A stretch of 64,000 bases of DNA from Candidatus Zhuqueibacterota bacterium (GTDB lineage: Bacteria > Zhuqueibacterota > Zhuqueibacteria > Thermofontimicrobiales > Thermofontimicrobiaceae), in assembly GCA_049322915.1 (NCBI GenBank), contig JBMOPW010000014.1, positions 765,527 through 829,526 on the forward strand. The letters run 5' to 3'. The notes beneath the pieces were generated by a model. That model was not told the DNA's origin and did not search any database. It saw only the letters and a program-made list of their open reading frames with translations. Positions 29,909 through 40,200 of this stretch are shown piece by piece; within the stretch, counting starts at the first letter, position 1; each line of letters begins with the position of its first letter. The translations under genes and the position numbers were made by a program.

Positions 29909-32896
29909 TCACTTCACCAGAATCATTTTCTGCATCTCTGAAAAATCATTGACTTCGATTCGGTAAATATAAACGCCGGAGGAGAGCTCGCTCGCATCGA
30001 ATACTACGGAATGGTAACCGGCGTCTTTCGCCCCTTCAAAAATTGTGTCCATTTTTTGTCCGTTCACATTGTAGAGCGATATTTTCACGAGACCCGCCTC
30101 TTTCAGATCGTACTGAATGGTGGTCGACGGATTGAACGGATTGGGGTAGTTCTGATGCAGCCGATACTCGGTCGGTATTTCGTTCCTCGCTTCCAGGGTG
30201 ATGGCTGTGTACGAATACCCGATTTCGATATCGCTGTTATCGGTGGACCGCACAATGGCATTGCCAAATTGAATCTCGGTGTCTTCGCCCACAATGGCGA
30301 ATTCGAGTTTGGCAATGACACCGGTTCCCAACATCACGCCGGGATTGCCCAGAGCAGCGCCGTCAATACTCAGGCTGCTGACCTGGCTGTTCGTCATGAA
30401 GAAATCTGTTTCCTTCCAGATGCTGCCCCTCTCGACGGATTGCAGGGCCAGACCTGCGCCAAAATTGACAGGGATGCTCATACCCTTAATCGCTCCGGAA
30501 TTTTCTGCTAATTGTACTTCAGCAATGAGCGTGGTGGTTTGTTTTGTAAGTGACATATTGAGCGAAATCGGTGCCATCTTTTCGGACGATTGCTTCTTCG
30601 TCAGCCCCTTCCTGCCACCCATGTTTTCATAGTTCATGGCAAAGATCATCAGGTCTTCGAAATCAATGATATTATCGGGAGTGGGGCGTCCATCCGTAAA
30701 ATGGTTCAGCGTGGGACCCACATCGCACAGATTGTTCCAGTGGATGAACCCATCGCTCGTGAAATATGCGGCAGCGAGTATCGCAATATCAGCGGCATCC
30801 ACATCGCCGTCCGGGTCGATATCGCCCAACCAGTACGAAAGCGACGAGTCCAGCACAGCCGCGCTGTAATGAAAGGCTAGGTCTTGGACGAAAATAGCGC
30901 AATAATAGAAATCTCTCAGTGGCGGTGTGTAGTCGAGGCTGGTGACGAATCCCTCGAAAATCTTTGTCCAGCCATTGGCCAATGCTTCGGCAGGGGTGGT
31001 TGGCAAATCAGGCGTCTGACCGTTGTATTCCGGGTAGCCGCCAAAGCCAATCACCCAGACCTGAATATAAAATGCATCGAGATCCGGATTGGTCCAATCC
31101 AAATGGAAGCCATTGGTGGAATCGTCGGCAGCGCCAAAATCCAGACCGGTCACCGGCTCGATGGGCGTGCCATCCCATCGATAGGGTCCAAATCGCAGCG
31201 TGCCGTTGGCAACGTCATCGCCGTTATAGCCTTTCACAAAGACATAATAATCAGTGCCCGCCGTCGGAATGCCAAGCTGCAACAGGCCCTGGCTCCATTT
31301 TGTCTCCTGACCGGTCCAGTTGTACGAATCGCTATTGACAAGCGCGTAGCGATAGTATTCCAGTGTGCCTTCGCCAAATCCACCCACAGCGGTCAGTGTG
31401 AGCGTTGTGCTGGCGTTGTCTCCGCTTCGGACGCAGGTGAGATTCAACGTGGATGGCGGAACCGATAATGTATGTTTGGAGGAAACCGGACTCCAGTCCG
31501 ATTGATTGTACGCCGGCGTCGAATTGGGATCGTTCACACCATCCGAGACGCGGTATATGAATTCGTAAATATGATTGGGCGTCAGGCCGGTGCACTCATG
31601 CACGGAATCATCCTTTGCCCGCGACCGGTTGAATCTGCCGTCCGTGGTGCATTCGAAGTGATAATATTCTTCGCCCTGGGTAGCGTCTTCAACCGACGCT
31701 GCATTCACATGCATGGAGGTTGTGGTGACATTGTTGATGTAAATTGTCAGGTCGCCCTGGGGAATTGTAATATCCTTTTTGAATGTCCATTTCCAGAAAT
31801 TTAAATCCGGTTTGAGCGCTTCGATTGATTGGCCGGATTTAGTACTTAATTTATTCAACGCGTCGTTGCTGAATTCATGGTACCCATCGTAATTGCCGGC
31901 GTCATCGTAGGCGCGCCAATAGATGGTGTGCAACGCGGTCTGTTCATCGAGCTTGTCGAAACCGGGAATTAACCAGCCATCATTGTTGTACTGCGTGCTG
32001 TTAATGTTGCTTGCGATAGTTTTCCAACTGTCTAAATCGATTTTATATTCCACCTTGTCCAGGTTGTAATTGTCGTCGAATCCGAAATTGGAAAACTTGG
32101 GCACGTTCCGATACCAGACTTCCTGGACTTCGTTAATGGTTTCCATGGTAGGCCGACCAGTGTCGACCACGATTTTCCCATGGCCGATCGAATCGACCGA
32201 GATTGCATGATTAACCACATCTCTGAATTTCACCGAGCTCAGCAGGAAATTATTCCCGATTGTGGAAACCAGGTTGTCCGGCACCGGCATATCGGTTGTA
32301 GCTGCAATGGTGAATAAAATCCCGTCGCCGGTCTTGCCATCAGTGACGCCCAGAATGGAACAGTTGACAGTGTAGTCGCCGCCATCTTCCAGCAGTTCCC
32401 AGTGGGTGGGATCGCTTGTGCTGCTCAGAAAAGCGCCTTCCGTGAAAACGATGGAGGAAAACGCGCTGTCATTGAGTGAAATTTTCACCTCGTAGCCGCG
32501 CATGCCGGGATAGACATTCGCAACGCGCACTGTGTATGTGAATGATTGATTGCCGCGCAGCAGCGTGTCCGCCGGGGTCACCCAAATTATAATTGGCTCA
32601 GTTGTAAAATTGCCAACCTGGCCATAACCGCTGCCGGCCAACATGGTTATTGGCGAGGAGGCGGCTAAAACAGGAAAGTCATTTCCACTTACGGACGGCG
32701 CTGATGGATCGCCCAGTGTATTGCGCCAGCTATCGCCAGTTATAAATCTTGAACCAGACATTTTTACAGTATTAAATAAATCGACTGCATACGCATCCGA
32801 AGCAAATACCGCTTCATCGCCGGATTCAGCCAGCGCAGTGGATGTCGATAATAATCCGATCACGAAAACGCATAGTAAAATTTTCCAGCTTTTCAT
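29909..32896 (-). CDS. Secreted cohesin/dockerin-like cassette protein with T9SS-type CTD (headless paralog, 995 aa)
   Basis: Signal peptide; cohesin-like domain; GDIDPDGDVDAADIAILAAAY...DNIIDFEDLMIFAMNY; second cohesin-like domain; LHQNYPNPFNPST...GVYIY...KMILVK. Confidence 0.8.
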   Translation of the reverse strand: MKSWKILLCVFVIGLLSTSTALAESGDEAVFASDAYAVDLFNTVKMSGSRFITGDSWRNTLGDPSAPSVSGNDFPVLAASSPITMLAGSGYGQVGNFTTEPIIIWVTPADTLLRGNQSFTYTVRVANVYPGMRGYEVKISLNDSAFSSIVFTEGAFLSSTSDPTHWELLEDGGDYTVNCSILGVTDGKTGDGILFTIAATTDMPVPDNLVSTIGNNFLLSSVKFRDVVNHAISVDSIGHGKIVVDTGRPTMETINEVQEVWYRNVPKFSNFGFDDNYNLDKVEYKIDLDSWKTIASNINSTQYNNDGWLIPGFDKLDEQTALHTIYWRAYDDAGNYDGYHEFSNDALNKLSTKSGQSIEALKPDLNFWKWTFKKDITIPQGDLTIYINNVTTTSMHVNAASVEDATQGEEYYHFECTTDGRFNRSRAKDDSVHECTGLTPNHIYEFIYRVSDGVNDPNSTPAYNQSDWSPVSSKHTLSVPPSTLNLTCVRSGDNASTTLTLTAVGGFGEGTLEYYRYALVNSDSYNWTGQETKWSQGLLQLGIPTAGTDYYVFVKGYNGDDVANGTLRFGPYRWDGTPIEPVTGLDFGAADDSTNGFHLDWTNPDLDAFYIQVWVIGFGGYPEYNGQTPDLPTTPAEALANGWTKIFEGFVTSLDYTPPLRDFYYCAIFVQDLAFHYSAAVLDSSLSYWLGDIDPDGDVDAADIAILAAAYFTSDGFIHWNNLCDVGPTLNHFTDGRPTPDNIIDFEDLMIFAMNYENMGGRKGLTKKQSSEKMAPISLNMSLTKQTTTLIAEVQLAENSGAIKGMSIPVNFGAGLALQSVERGSIWKETDFFMTNSQVSSLSIDGAALGNPGVMLGTGVIAKLEFAIVGEDTEIQFGNAIVRSTDNSDIEIGYSYTAITLEARNEIPTEYRLHQNYPNPFNPSTTIQYDLKEAGLVKISLYNVNGQKMDTIFEGAKDAGYHSVVFDASELSSGVYIYRIEVNDFSEMQKMILVK

Positions 32897-33002
32897 GCCT
32901 TGCTCCTTTTAAATCTATGACGATTTTTAATATTGAGCACACCCGGCGCTTATTATAATGCCGGGTCGCATTATAATTTTTCCAATAGAAAATTGCGCCC
33001 TG

Positions 33003-36000
33003 TTATTTCACGAGCATCATTTTCTTCATCTCTGTGAAGTCATTCACTTCAATTTTGTAGAAGTAAACGCCGGAAGGCAATTGATCCGCCTGAAGTTGAT
33101 AGGTGTAATAACCGGCCTGTTGTTCTCCCTCGAACAGTGTTTTAATGGCCTGACCATTCACATTGTACAATGTCAGTTTCACCAGTCCGCGCTCTTTCAG
33201 CCCGTACCGAATGGAGGTTGCTGGATTGAACGGATTGGGGTAGTTCTGGCACAATTGATATTCGGATGGCGCTGCGTTTTCATCCGGCACAGAAGATGTG
33301 ATGTATTCGAAGGTTACATCAATATCCGTATTGGCGGCTGACCGTACACAAGCCCGGGTCAACTCGTAATCAATACTGTCGCTTAGAATATCCATCACCG
33401 CAGTTCCGATGGTACCATTGCCCTGAATCACCGCGTCGTGGCCAAGCGCAGCGCCGGTGAAAATGACCTGGCCATTTTTTTCCACCGGTTCGAAGATATA
33501 ATGATCCGTCCAGAGATCGCCTTTTTCAAAGCTGGCAACGTGCAGCCCTTTCAATTCAAGGGTGAAGCAGAGCCCCTTCACGGCTGCCGGATTGTTCTCC
33601 AAATCCAGTCTCGCGTGAAATTGATTGGCCTCGAACCAGGCGCTGAGTTTCACGACGACCGGATCGGTCAGGCTCGGCGGCTCCGGCGTTGGGAAATCGT
33701 AATTCGTATTATCATAATTCATGGAAAAAATCATGACATCTTCAAAATCGATGTTTTGGTCCGGCAGCGGTCGGCTCAGCCTGGTGTGCTTTACCGTTGG
33801 TCCCACGTCGCACACCGGGTTCCAGTTGGCATCACCGGATTGTGAACCGAGCGCATTTCGGAGGATGTCGACATCGCCCATATCCACGTCGCCGTCCGGC
33901 GTTTCATCCACATCCCCCAGCCAGTACGACAGGGACGAATCGCAAATCGCTGAGCTATAGTGGCCGGCCACGTCTCTCACAAAAATGGCGCAGTAATAAA
34001 AATCGCGTTCGTCCGGGATGAATTCAAATTCAGAATCGACGCCGTCGTAGACATTGATCCAGCCGCCATTATCGGCTGCGGTCGTGTTTGCCGGCATGGT
34101 GGGGACGAATCCGGTGTATTGCGGATAGCCGCCATAGGCTTTCACCCACACTTCGACGCCGCCAATTTCCGGGCCGGGATTTTCCCAATTCATATTAATA
34201 ATGTTGGCAGAGTCGATGCCGGCGCCATAGGTCAGATCAGCGATGGGCGTAATGGGCGTGCCGTTCCATTGATAGGGGCCCATAATCAGGGTGCCATTGC
34301 CCACATGCGCTGCGTTGTAGCCTTTGATGTGTAGATAATAATTGATGTCCGCCTGGCTTGCGCCGCACGTGAGCGTGCTGTCCTGCCAGATGGCTTCTGT
34401 ATCCGTCCAGGTGTGGGCATTGGATGTGTCCCACACAAATCGGTAATATTCCACTTTTCCCTGGCCATATCCGCCCACGGCAGTGAACGTGAACGCGGCG
34501 GTGTTCACAACACCGCTTTTATCGCAAGTGATGTTGGCGTAGGTTGGCGCCACAGAAAGCGTGTATGTGGAAAATGTTTCGCTCCACGCTGTCTCGTTGC
34601 AGGCTGGCGTGGCATTCGGGTCGTTCACGCCATCGGAAACCCGATACCGGAATTGGTATTGTCTGTTCGGCGTCAGGTTGGAGCAGGTCATCTCCCGGTT
34701 TGCCAGGATTCGCGCCTGATCATAGCTTTCATCGGTGACACAATCGAATTCATAATATTCATCGCCCTGGAATGCATCCTCGACCGCGGCGCCGGTCACT
34801 TTCATGCCGATGGAGGTGATTTCCGAGAAGGAGACGGTGAGGTTGCCGGCCGGCGCTGAAACGTCCTTTTTGAATCGCCACACCCAGTCCGCGTCGCCGG
34901 ATTGATAATCCAGATCATCGACCGCGCGCCAGTAAACCGTGTGGGGCGCGATGTTTTCGGACAATTCGGAGAAGTTCGGCGTCACCCAATTGCTGACCCG
35001 GTAGACGCTGTCGGCAATGGCGTCAGCGAGGATAGTCCACGCTCCGTCATTCAATTTATATTCAATTTTTTGCAGGTTCAAATTATCCCGGAAGACCAGG
35101 CTGCTGAACACCGGCGCAGAACGACGCCAGGTGTTTTGCGATTCAGTGACCGGCTGCATGGTTGGCGCGGCTGTATCGATGATGATTTTCGCGCCGCTGA
35201 TGATGCTGCCCGGAATGGGATTGTTGTTCACATCGCGCAGATCAACGTCCGGGAATTGCAGATTTTCTTCGGCCGGAAAAACAAGGCCGCCGGGAACGGT
35301 TTCAGCCGTGGTGACGGTGACCGTGAAAAGTGTGCCGGAACCGGCCTTGCCCTCGGTGGGTCCCAGGATGGCGCAGTTCACGCGGTACTGCCCGTTGTCC
35401 CCTGTTGCCTGCCAGAAAGTCAAATCGCCGGTGCTGCTCAAAAATGCGCCTTCTGCGAATATGGGATTTGTAAAATGCGCCGGGTCGAACTGAACATAAA
35501 TATCAAATCCGCGCATGGCTTCCACATTTCCAACATTCACGTTGAAGACAAGCTGCTGGCCGCCTTTGGCCACGAGCGAATCCGGCAGGGTATAGACCGG
35601 CACGTCCTGGCTTTCGAACGAGCCCATGTCCGGTGTGCCAATCCTGGCGAAACCGCGTTGATCGGTCGCCGGGGCGCCATCGGCCGTGCCGGAGTTGATG
35701 GCCGCGCTGCCGAACAACAGTGCGTGGGTTTTGCCCATTCCGCCATTGTCGGCAAGATCTTCGAGCAGAGGATCGGTGTCGTTAAAATTGCCGTCGCCCA
35801 CATCGGACAAGCTGGCGTCGCGGCAAATGGAATAACTTCGAACCAGGTTGAATGCTCCGTCGCCGCTCGTGGCGAAATTATCCGCCGCGCCGTTGTCCAG
35901 AATGCAGTTTTTCAGGGTGAGATTCACCACGCCGGCCTCGAAGCTGGTGTCCGTGGCCTCGGCAAAAATGCCTTTTCCCACGCCGCCGGCGGAATTGTCA

Positions 36001-36785
36001 GCAATGGTCACATTGGTGAACATGGCGGACAGCTTCCCGCTTTCCTGTTCGGCCGATGACGAACTCATGGCATGCAGCGATACCCCGCCGCCTTTGCCGG
36101 AAAAATTGCCGGCTGCGTTGCCGGAAATCGTGCAGTTGGTCACAGCGAGATTTTTCGGGTCTTTGCTCAATTGCATGAAAAGTCCGCCGCCATGGCTGCT
36201 GTTGATGAGTATGGAATTGCCGGCGATGGTGCTGTTTTCTATGGTCAAATGCCCATCGCGGCAAAAAATTCCGGCGCCGTCGTACTGGGACGTGTTCTCG
36301 CGAATGTCGCATCCCGCAATGGTCATCGATCCTGTTTTGCTGTACACGCCGCCTCCGCGCACGCCGCTATTCTTCCTGATGATGCAATTGCGCAGGGTCA
36401 GGTCCGCCTGGCTGTAAATGCCGGCGCCGTTCTCATTGGTGTTTCCGTGCCGGATCGTCAGATTTTTGAGGTGGATCTGGTAGCCTGCGCTCAACAGAAA
36501 TACGCGGCGCCCAACGTCTGCGCCGGTGTCCGACGCCTGAATGACAGAGGTGAGCGGATTTTCGCCGCGGATGGTCACATGTTTTTCGACCGAAATGTTA
36601 TAATCTGTAATGGTTCCGAACACGATGAGAGTATCGCCGTCGGTTGCGCTGAGCAGGGCATCGGTCACTGTGGCGTAACTATGGCCACTGCCGATCTCCA
36701 GAATTGCCCCGTGCAAAGGCGGCGATGAAAGCGCGAGTAAAAATAGGATATTTACAATAACTGCAAAGAGATGAAAGCGTTTCAT
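33003..36785 (-). CDS. Secreted beta-helix (choice-of-anchor Q) + cohesin/dockerin-like cassette + T9SS-type CTD
   Basis: AGGAGG RBS precedes MKRFHLF; GAGIY/GGGVY repeats; LADNGG...TDQRG...DMGSFE; shared C-terminal cassette. Confidence 0.8.
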   Translation of the reverse strand: MKRFHLFAVIVNILFLLALSSPPLHGAILEIGSGHSYATVTDALLSATDGDTLIVFGTITDYNISVEKHVTIRGENPLTSVIQASDTGADVGRRVFLLSAGYQIHLKNLTIRHGNTNENGAGIYSQADLTLRNCIIRKNSGVRGGGVYSKTGSMTIAGCDIRENTSQYDGAGIFCRDGHLTIENSTIAGNSILINSSHGGGLFMQLSKDPKNLAVTNCTISGNAAGNFSGKGGGVSLHAMSSSSAEQESGKLSAMFTNVTIADNSAGGVGKGIFAEATDTSFEAGVVNLTLKNCILDNGAADNFATSGDGAFNLVRSYSICRDASLSDVGDGNFNDTDPLLEDLADNGGMGKTHALLFGSAAINSGTADGAPATDQRGFARIGTPDMGSFESQDVPVYTLPDSLVAKGGQQLVFNVNVGNVEAMRGFDIYVQFDPAHFTNPIFAEGAFLSSTGDLTFWQATGDNGQYRVNCAILGPTEGKAGSGTLFTVTVTTAETVPGGLVFPAEENLQFPDVDLRDVNNNPIPGSIISGAKIIIDTAAPTMQPVTESQNTWRRSAPVFSSLVFRDNLNLQKIEYKLNDGAWTILADAIADSVYRVSNWVTPNFSELSENIAPHTVYWRAVDDLDYQSGDADWVWRFKKDVSAPAGNLTVSFSEITSIGMKVTGAAVEDAFQGDEYYEFDCVTDESYDQARILANREMTCSNLTPNRQYQFRYRVSDGVNDPNATPACNETAWSETFSTYTLSVAPTYANITCDKSGVVNTAAFTFTAVGGYGQGKVEYYRFVWDTSNAHTWTDTEAIWQDSTLTCGASQADINYYLHIKGYNAAHVGNGTLIMGPYQWNGTPITPIADLTYGAGIDSANIINMNWENPGPEIGGVEVWVKAYGGYPQYTGFVPTMPANTTAADNGGWINVYDGVDSEFEFIPDERDFYYCAIFVRDVAGHYSSAICDSSLSYWLGDVDETPDGDVDMGDVDILRNALGSQSGDANWNPVCDVGPTVKHTRLSRPLPDQNIDFEDVMIFSMNYDNTNYDFPTPEPPSLTDPVVVKLSAWFEANQFHARLDLENNPAAVKGLCFTLELKGLHVASFEKGDLWTDHYIFEPVEKNGQVIFTGAALGHDAVIQGNGTIGTAVMDILSDSIDYELTRACVRSAANTDIDVTFEYITSSVPDENAAPSEYQLCQNYPNPFNPATSIRYGLKERGLVKLTLYNVNGQAIKTLFEGEQQAGYYTYQLQADQLPSGVYFYKIEVNDFTEMKKMMLVK

Positions 36786-36868
36786 TGGTATCCTCCTGAG
36801 TTGATCTTTGATGATGAATCCCTTTACGCTGAAGCATAATTTCAATTAGGCATGGGAGTTTTCAGGAA

Positions 36869-36896
36869 ATATCGACATTCAGCGGAAAAGAATAAG
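36869..36896 (-). promoter_or_regulatory. Conserved bipartite motif CTTATT-N14-GTCGATAT (putative alternative-sigma promoter)
   Basis: Same boxes and identical 14-nt spacing upstream of three paralogs. Confidence 0.6.
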
Positions 36897-36963
36897 AGCT
36901 AATTTGCAATGTGACCATAATTTATCAGATGTTACTAGTGAGAGAATAATCAGCGCGAACTCC

Positions 36964-37190
36964 GATCGCGATGGATCGGAACGTATGTTCCGGATCAGGG
37001 GAGCGGTTCGGGATAAATATCCCGAACGATCGATTTTCCAGAAAAAAAAAATTGCCCGGGATACATGATTCCGGGCGATCAATTGCGTTTCGGATCCCGA
37101 TCGCGCTGGCTATGTATCCAGCGCGGACAATTCATGGAAACGTATGTTTCCGGGTAATGAAACCGTTCGGGATACATATCCCGAACGATC
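36964..37190. repeat. GATC-footed three-hairpin repeat units (2 copies)
   Basis: Units at 36964-37031 (first hairpin collapsed) and 37099-37190. Confidence 0.85.
37042..37079 (-). terminator. Intrinsic terminator shared among paralogs
   Basis: GCCCGG stem with U-tract; homologous to 44219-44255 and 52146-52175. Confidence 0.7.
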
Positions 37191-37209
37191 CGTTACCGTG
37201 ATATTTTCG

Positions 37210-40200
37210 TTACTTCATCAACACCAGCTTGCGCACATCGCGGAAGTCATTGACTTCAATCTGGTAAATGTACATGCCGGACGGTAAATTGCCGGCGTCA
37301 AACACGAAGCTGTGATAGCCAGCGTTTTTGACTTCATCGAGCAGCGTGGCAATGCGCTGACCGTTGATGTTGTACAATGTCATCGTCACCTGTCCGTCCG
37401 CCTTCAAATCGTACAGAATGGTTGTGGACGGATTGAACGGATTGGGATAGTTCTGGTGCAGCTTGTATTCCGTGGGAATCAGTCCTTCGGAAAGCAGTGC
37501 CACATCGGTGTAATCGTAGCTCACTTCGATGGCATCGTTGGTTTTGGTTCGGGCTGTGGCGTCGGCGAACTGAATGGCGGTGTTGGTCCCGCTCACTTTG
37601 AACACAATTTCCGCTACCACGCCGTCGCCATCGAATCCGCCAATGTTGTCCAATGAGGCCGCGCTGATGTAAACGGTCTGTCCTTCCTGGCTGGAATCGA
37701 AGAAGTCGCTGCTCGTTACCAGAGCGCCTTTTCTCACACTGGAAATGGCCAGATCAGCCCCAAATGCAACGGGAATTTCCATTGCTTTGACAAACGCATT
37801 ATTGTTTTCCAGTTGAATTTGCGCGACGAACTGGGTGCCCACTTTTTGAATGTGCATCTTCAAAGCAATGGGATTCGCCTCGTTAGTCTCGCCGGATTTT
37901 TTCAGCTTGTGCGAACCGGTGTTCTCGTAATTCATGGCAAACACCATCAGGTCTTCGAAGCTGATGGACTGGTCCGGCACAGGACGGCTGGTTCGGCCAT
38001 AATTTGTGGTCGGCCCCACATCGCACACGGCGTTGTAATCATTATCGCCGGATTCTGTGCGGTACGCGCTGGCTAAAATAGCGATATCCGCAGAATTCAC
38101 CAAACCATCCGGCGTGGCATTCACATCGCCAAGCCAGTAGGAGAGGGAGGAGTCGATTGCCGCGGCGCTGTAATGCTCGGCCAAATCTTCAACAAAAACC
38201 GCGCAATAATAAAAATCACGGTTGGATGGCGTGTAGGTGTAAGCGGTTGCCAGGGTGTCCATGAGTTGAGTCCAGCCGCCTTCGGACGCTTCGGTCGGCG
38301 TGGTCGGGAATTCCGGCTTTGACCCTGTGTACTGCGGGTACCCGCCAAATCCTTTCACCCACACTTCGATATAATGGGCGTCGTGTTCCGGGTTGGTCCA
38401 GCTCATGTCCGAGGAGTTGTTGTCTTCACCGGTGGCTTCGAACGATAATTCAGTGACCGGGGAAATAGGCGTGCCATCCCACTGATACGGGCCCAGGGCC
38501 AGCGTGCCATTGGCCACGTCTTCGGCATTGAAGCCTTTTACGTGGAGATAGTAATTTGTATTGGCCGTTGGAATGCCAAGCATCAAATTGCCGGTACTCC
38601 ATTTGGTTTCCGAGTCAGTCCAGGTGTGGGTGGCGCTGTCGCTGAGCGCATAGCGATAGTACTCGACTTTGCCTGCGCCAAAACCCCCAACCGCATAGAA
38701 GGTCAGCGTGGTTGTGCTGATGGTGCCGCTTTTGTCGCATGTCACCGTGGATGTGGTTGGCGCAACGGACAGCGTGTATTTGGAATATTCAGTGCTCCAC
38801 GCTGTGGCATTGTAAGCCGGGGTTTCATTGGGATCGGCCACGCCGTCGGACACCTGGTATTTAAACTTGTATTCGGTATTGGCATTCATTTCATAGCATT
38901 CGTGAACCGAATCGGCCAGGGTTCGGGCGCGGTCGTAGTAATCTTGCGATGTGCAATCGAATTGATAGTACACCTCGCCCTGTGTCGCGTCTTCGAACGC
39001 AGCGCTGACCACATTCATGGATCGCACGCCCACTTCAGTGAACGTAATGGCAAGTTCGCCATCAGGCGCGGTTTCGTCCTTGTAAAACGAAAAATGCCAA
39101 CTGTCATCGTCGTAACCAGCGGTATTCATCGCATCGTCCACAGCGTAAAAATAGATGGTGTGGACTGTTGTTCGTTCAACTAACGAACTGTATGTCGGCA
39201 GGCTGATGCCGTCGTTATTGTATTCGGTTCCTGTGATATCGTCAGTAACCACATCCCATTCACCATCATTGATTTTGTAGCCAACAGCCTCCAGAGCGTA
39301 ATTGTCATCGAACCCGAAATTGGACAGTGTGGGCCCGCTGCGATACCACACGCTGTCATCTTCGGCAATGGTTTCCAAGGTCGGCGGCGCCGTATCGATG
39401 ACAATGGTCGAGCCATTGCTCTGGTCGCAGACAATGGGATCGTTTACAACATCGCGCATGGTGATGGATGAAATCGTAAGGTTGGCAGATTCCGGATTGA
39501 CCAGACTATCGGTCACCGAAGATGCCGTAGTCAACTGCACCGTGAACAGCGTTCCGTCGCCGGTCTGGCCGTCGGTGGCGCCCAGAATAGCGCAGTCGAT
39601 GTCATAGCTGCCATCAGAGCCGGCCGCGTCCCACTGGGTGGTGCCAACGCTGCTGAGATAGCTGCCCTCGGTGATGGTTGCCTCGGAAAAGTGCTCGCCA
39701 TTGTAGCCCACATGCATGGTGTAGCCGCGCATGGCCGGCAGCACATTGGCGATGCTCACCGTGTAGGTGACCTGCTGGCCGCCTTTGAGCAGGGTATCGG
39801 CCGGAGTAATGGACACGATGATTTGTTCCGTGGTGAATGTGGAATCAGCCCCGTAGCCGGTGCCGGCGCTGTTGGTGGCGTAGGCGCGCACGTGATAGGT
39901 GGTGCCGTGAGCCAGCCCGGTAATACTGCTGCTGAACTCGCCGGTACCTTGTCCATCGCTGGTGTGACTGCTATCCACCGTGGGATTTTCAGCCAGACCC
40001 CAGCACACACCTCTCACTGTCACTGAATCGCCGCCATCGGCAGTTACATTGCCGCCGCCGACCGCGGAGATCACGGTGATCGAATCAAACGTCGCTGTGG
40101 TTACGGTTGGCGGAGTGATGCCAACGCCTTCAATCGCGTAACTGTAGGGATCTTCATCAATGTCATTGTTGGGGAACTCCACAGTCGCGGACCGCGTGCC

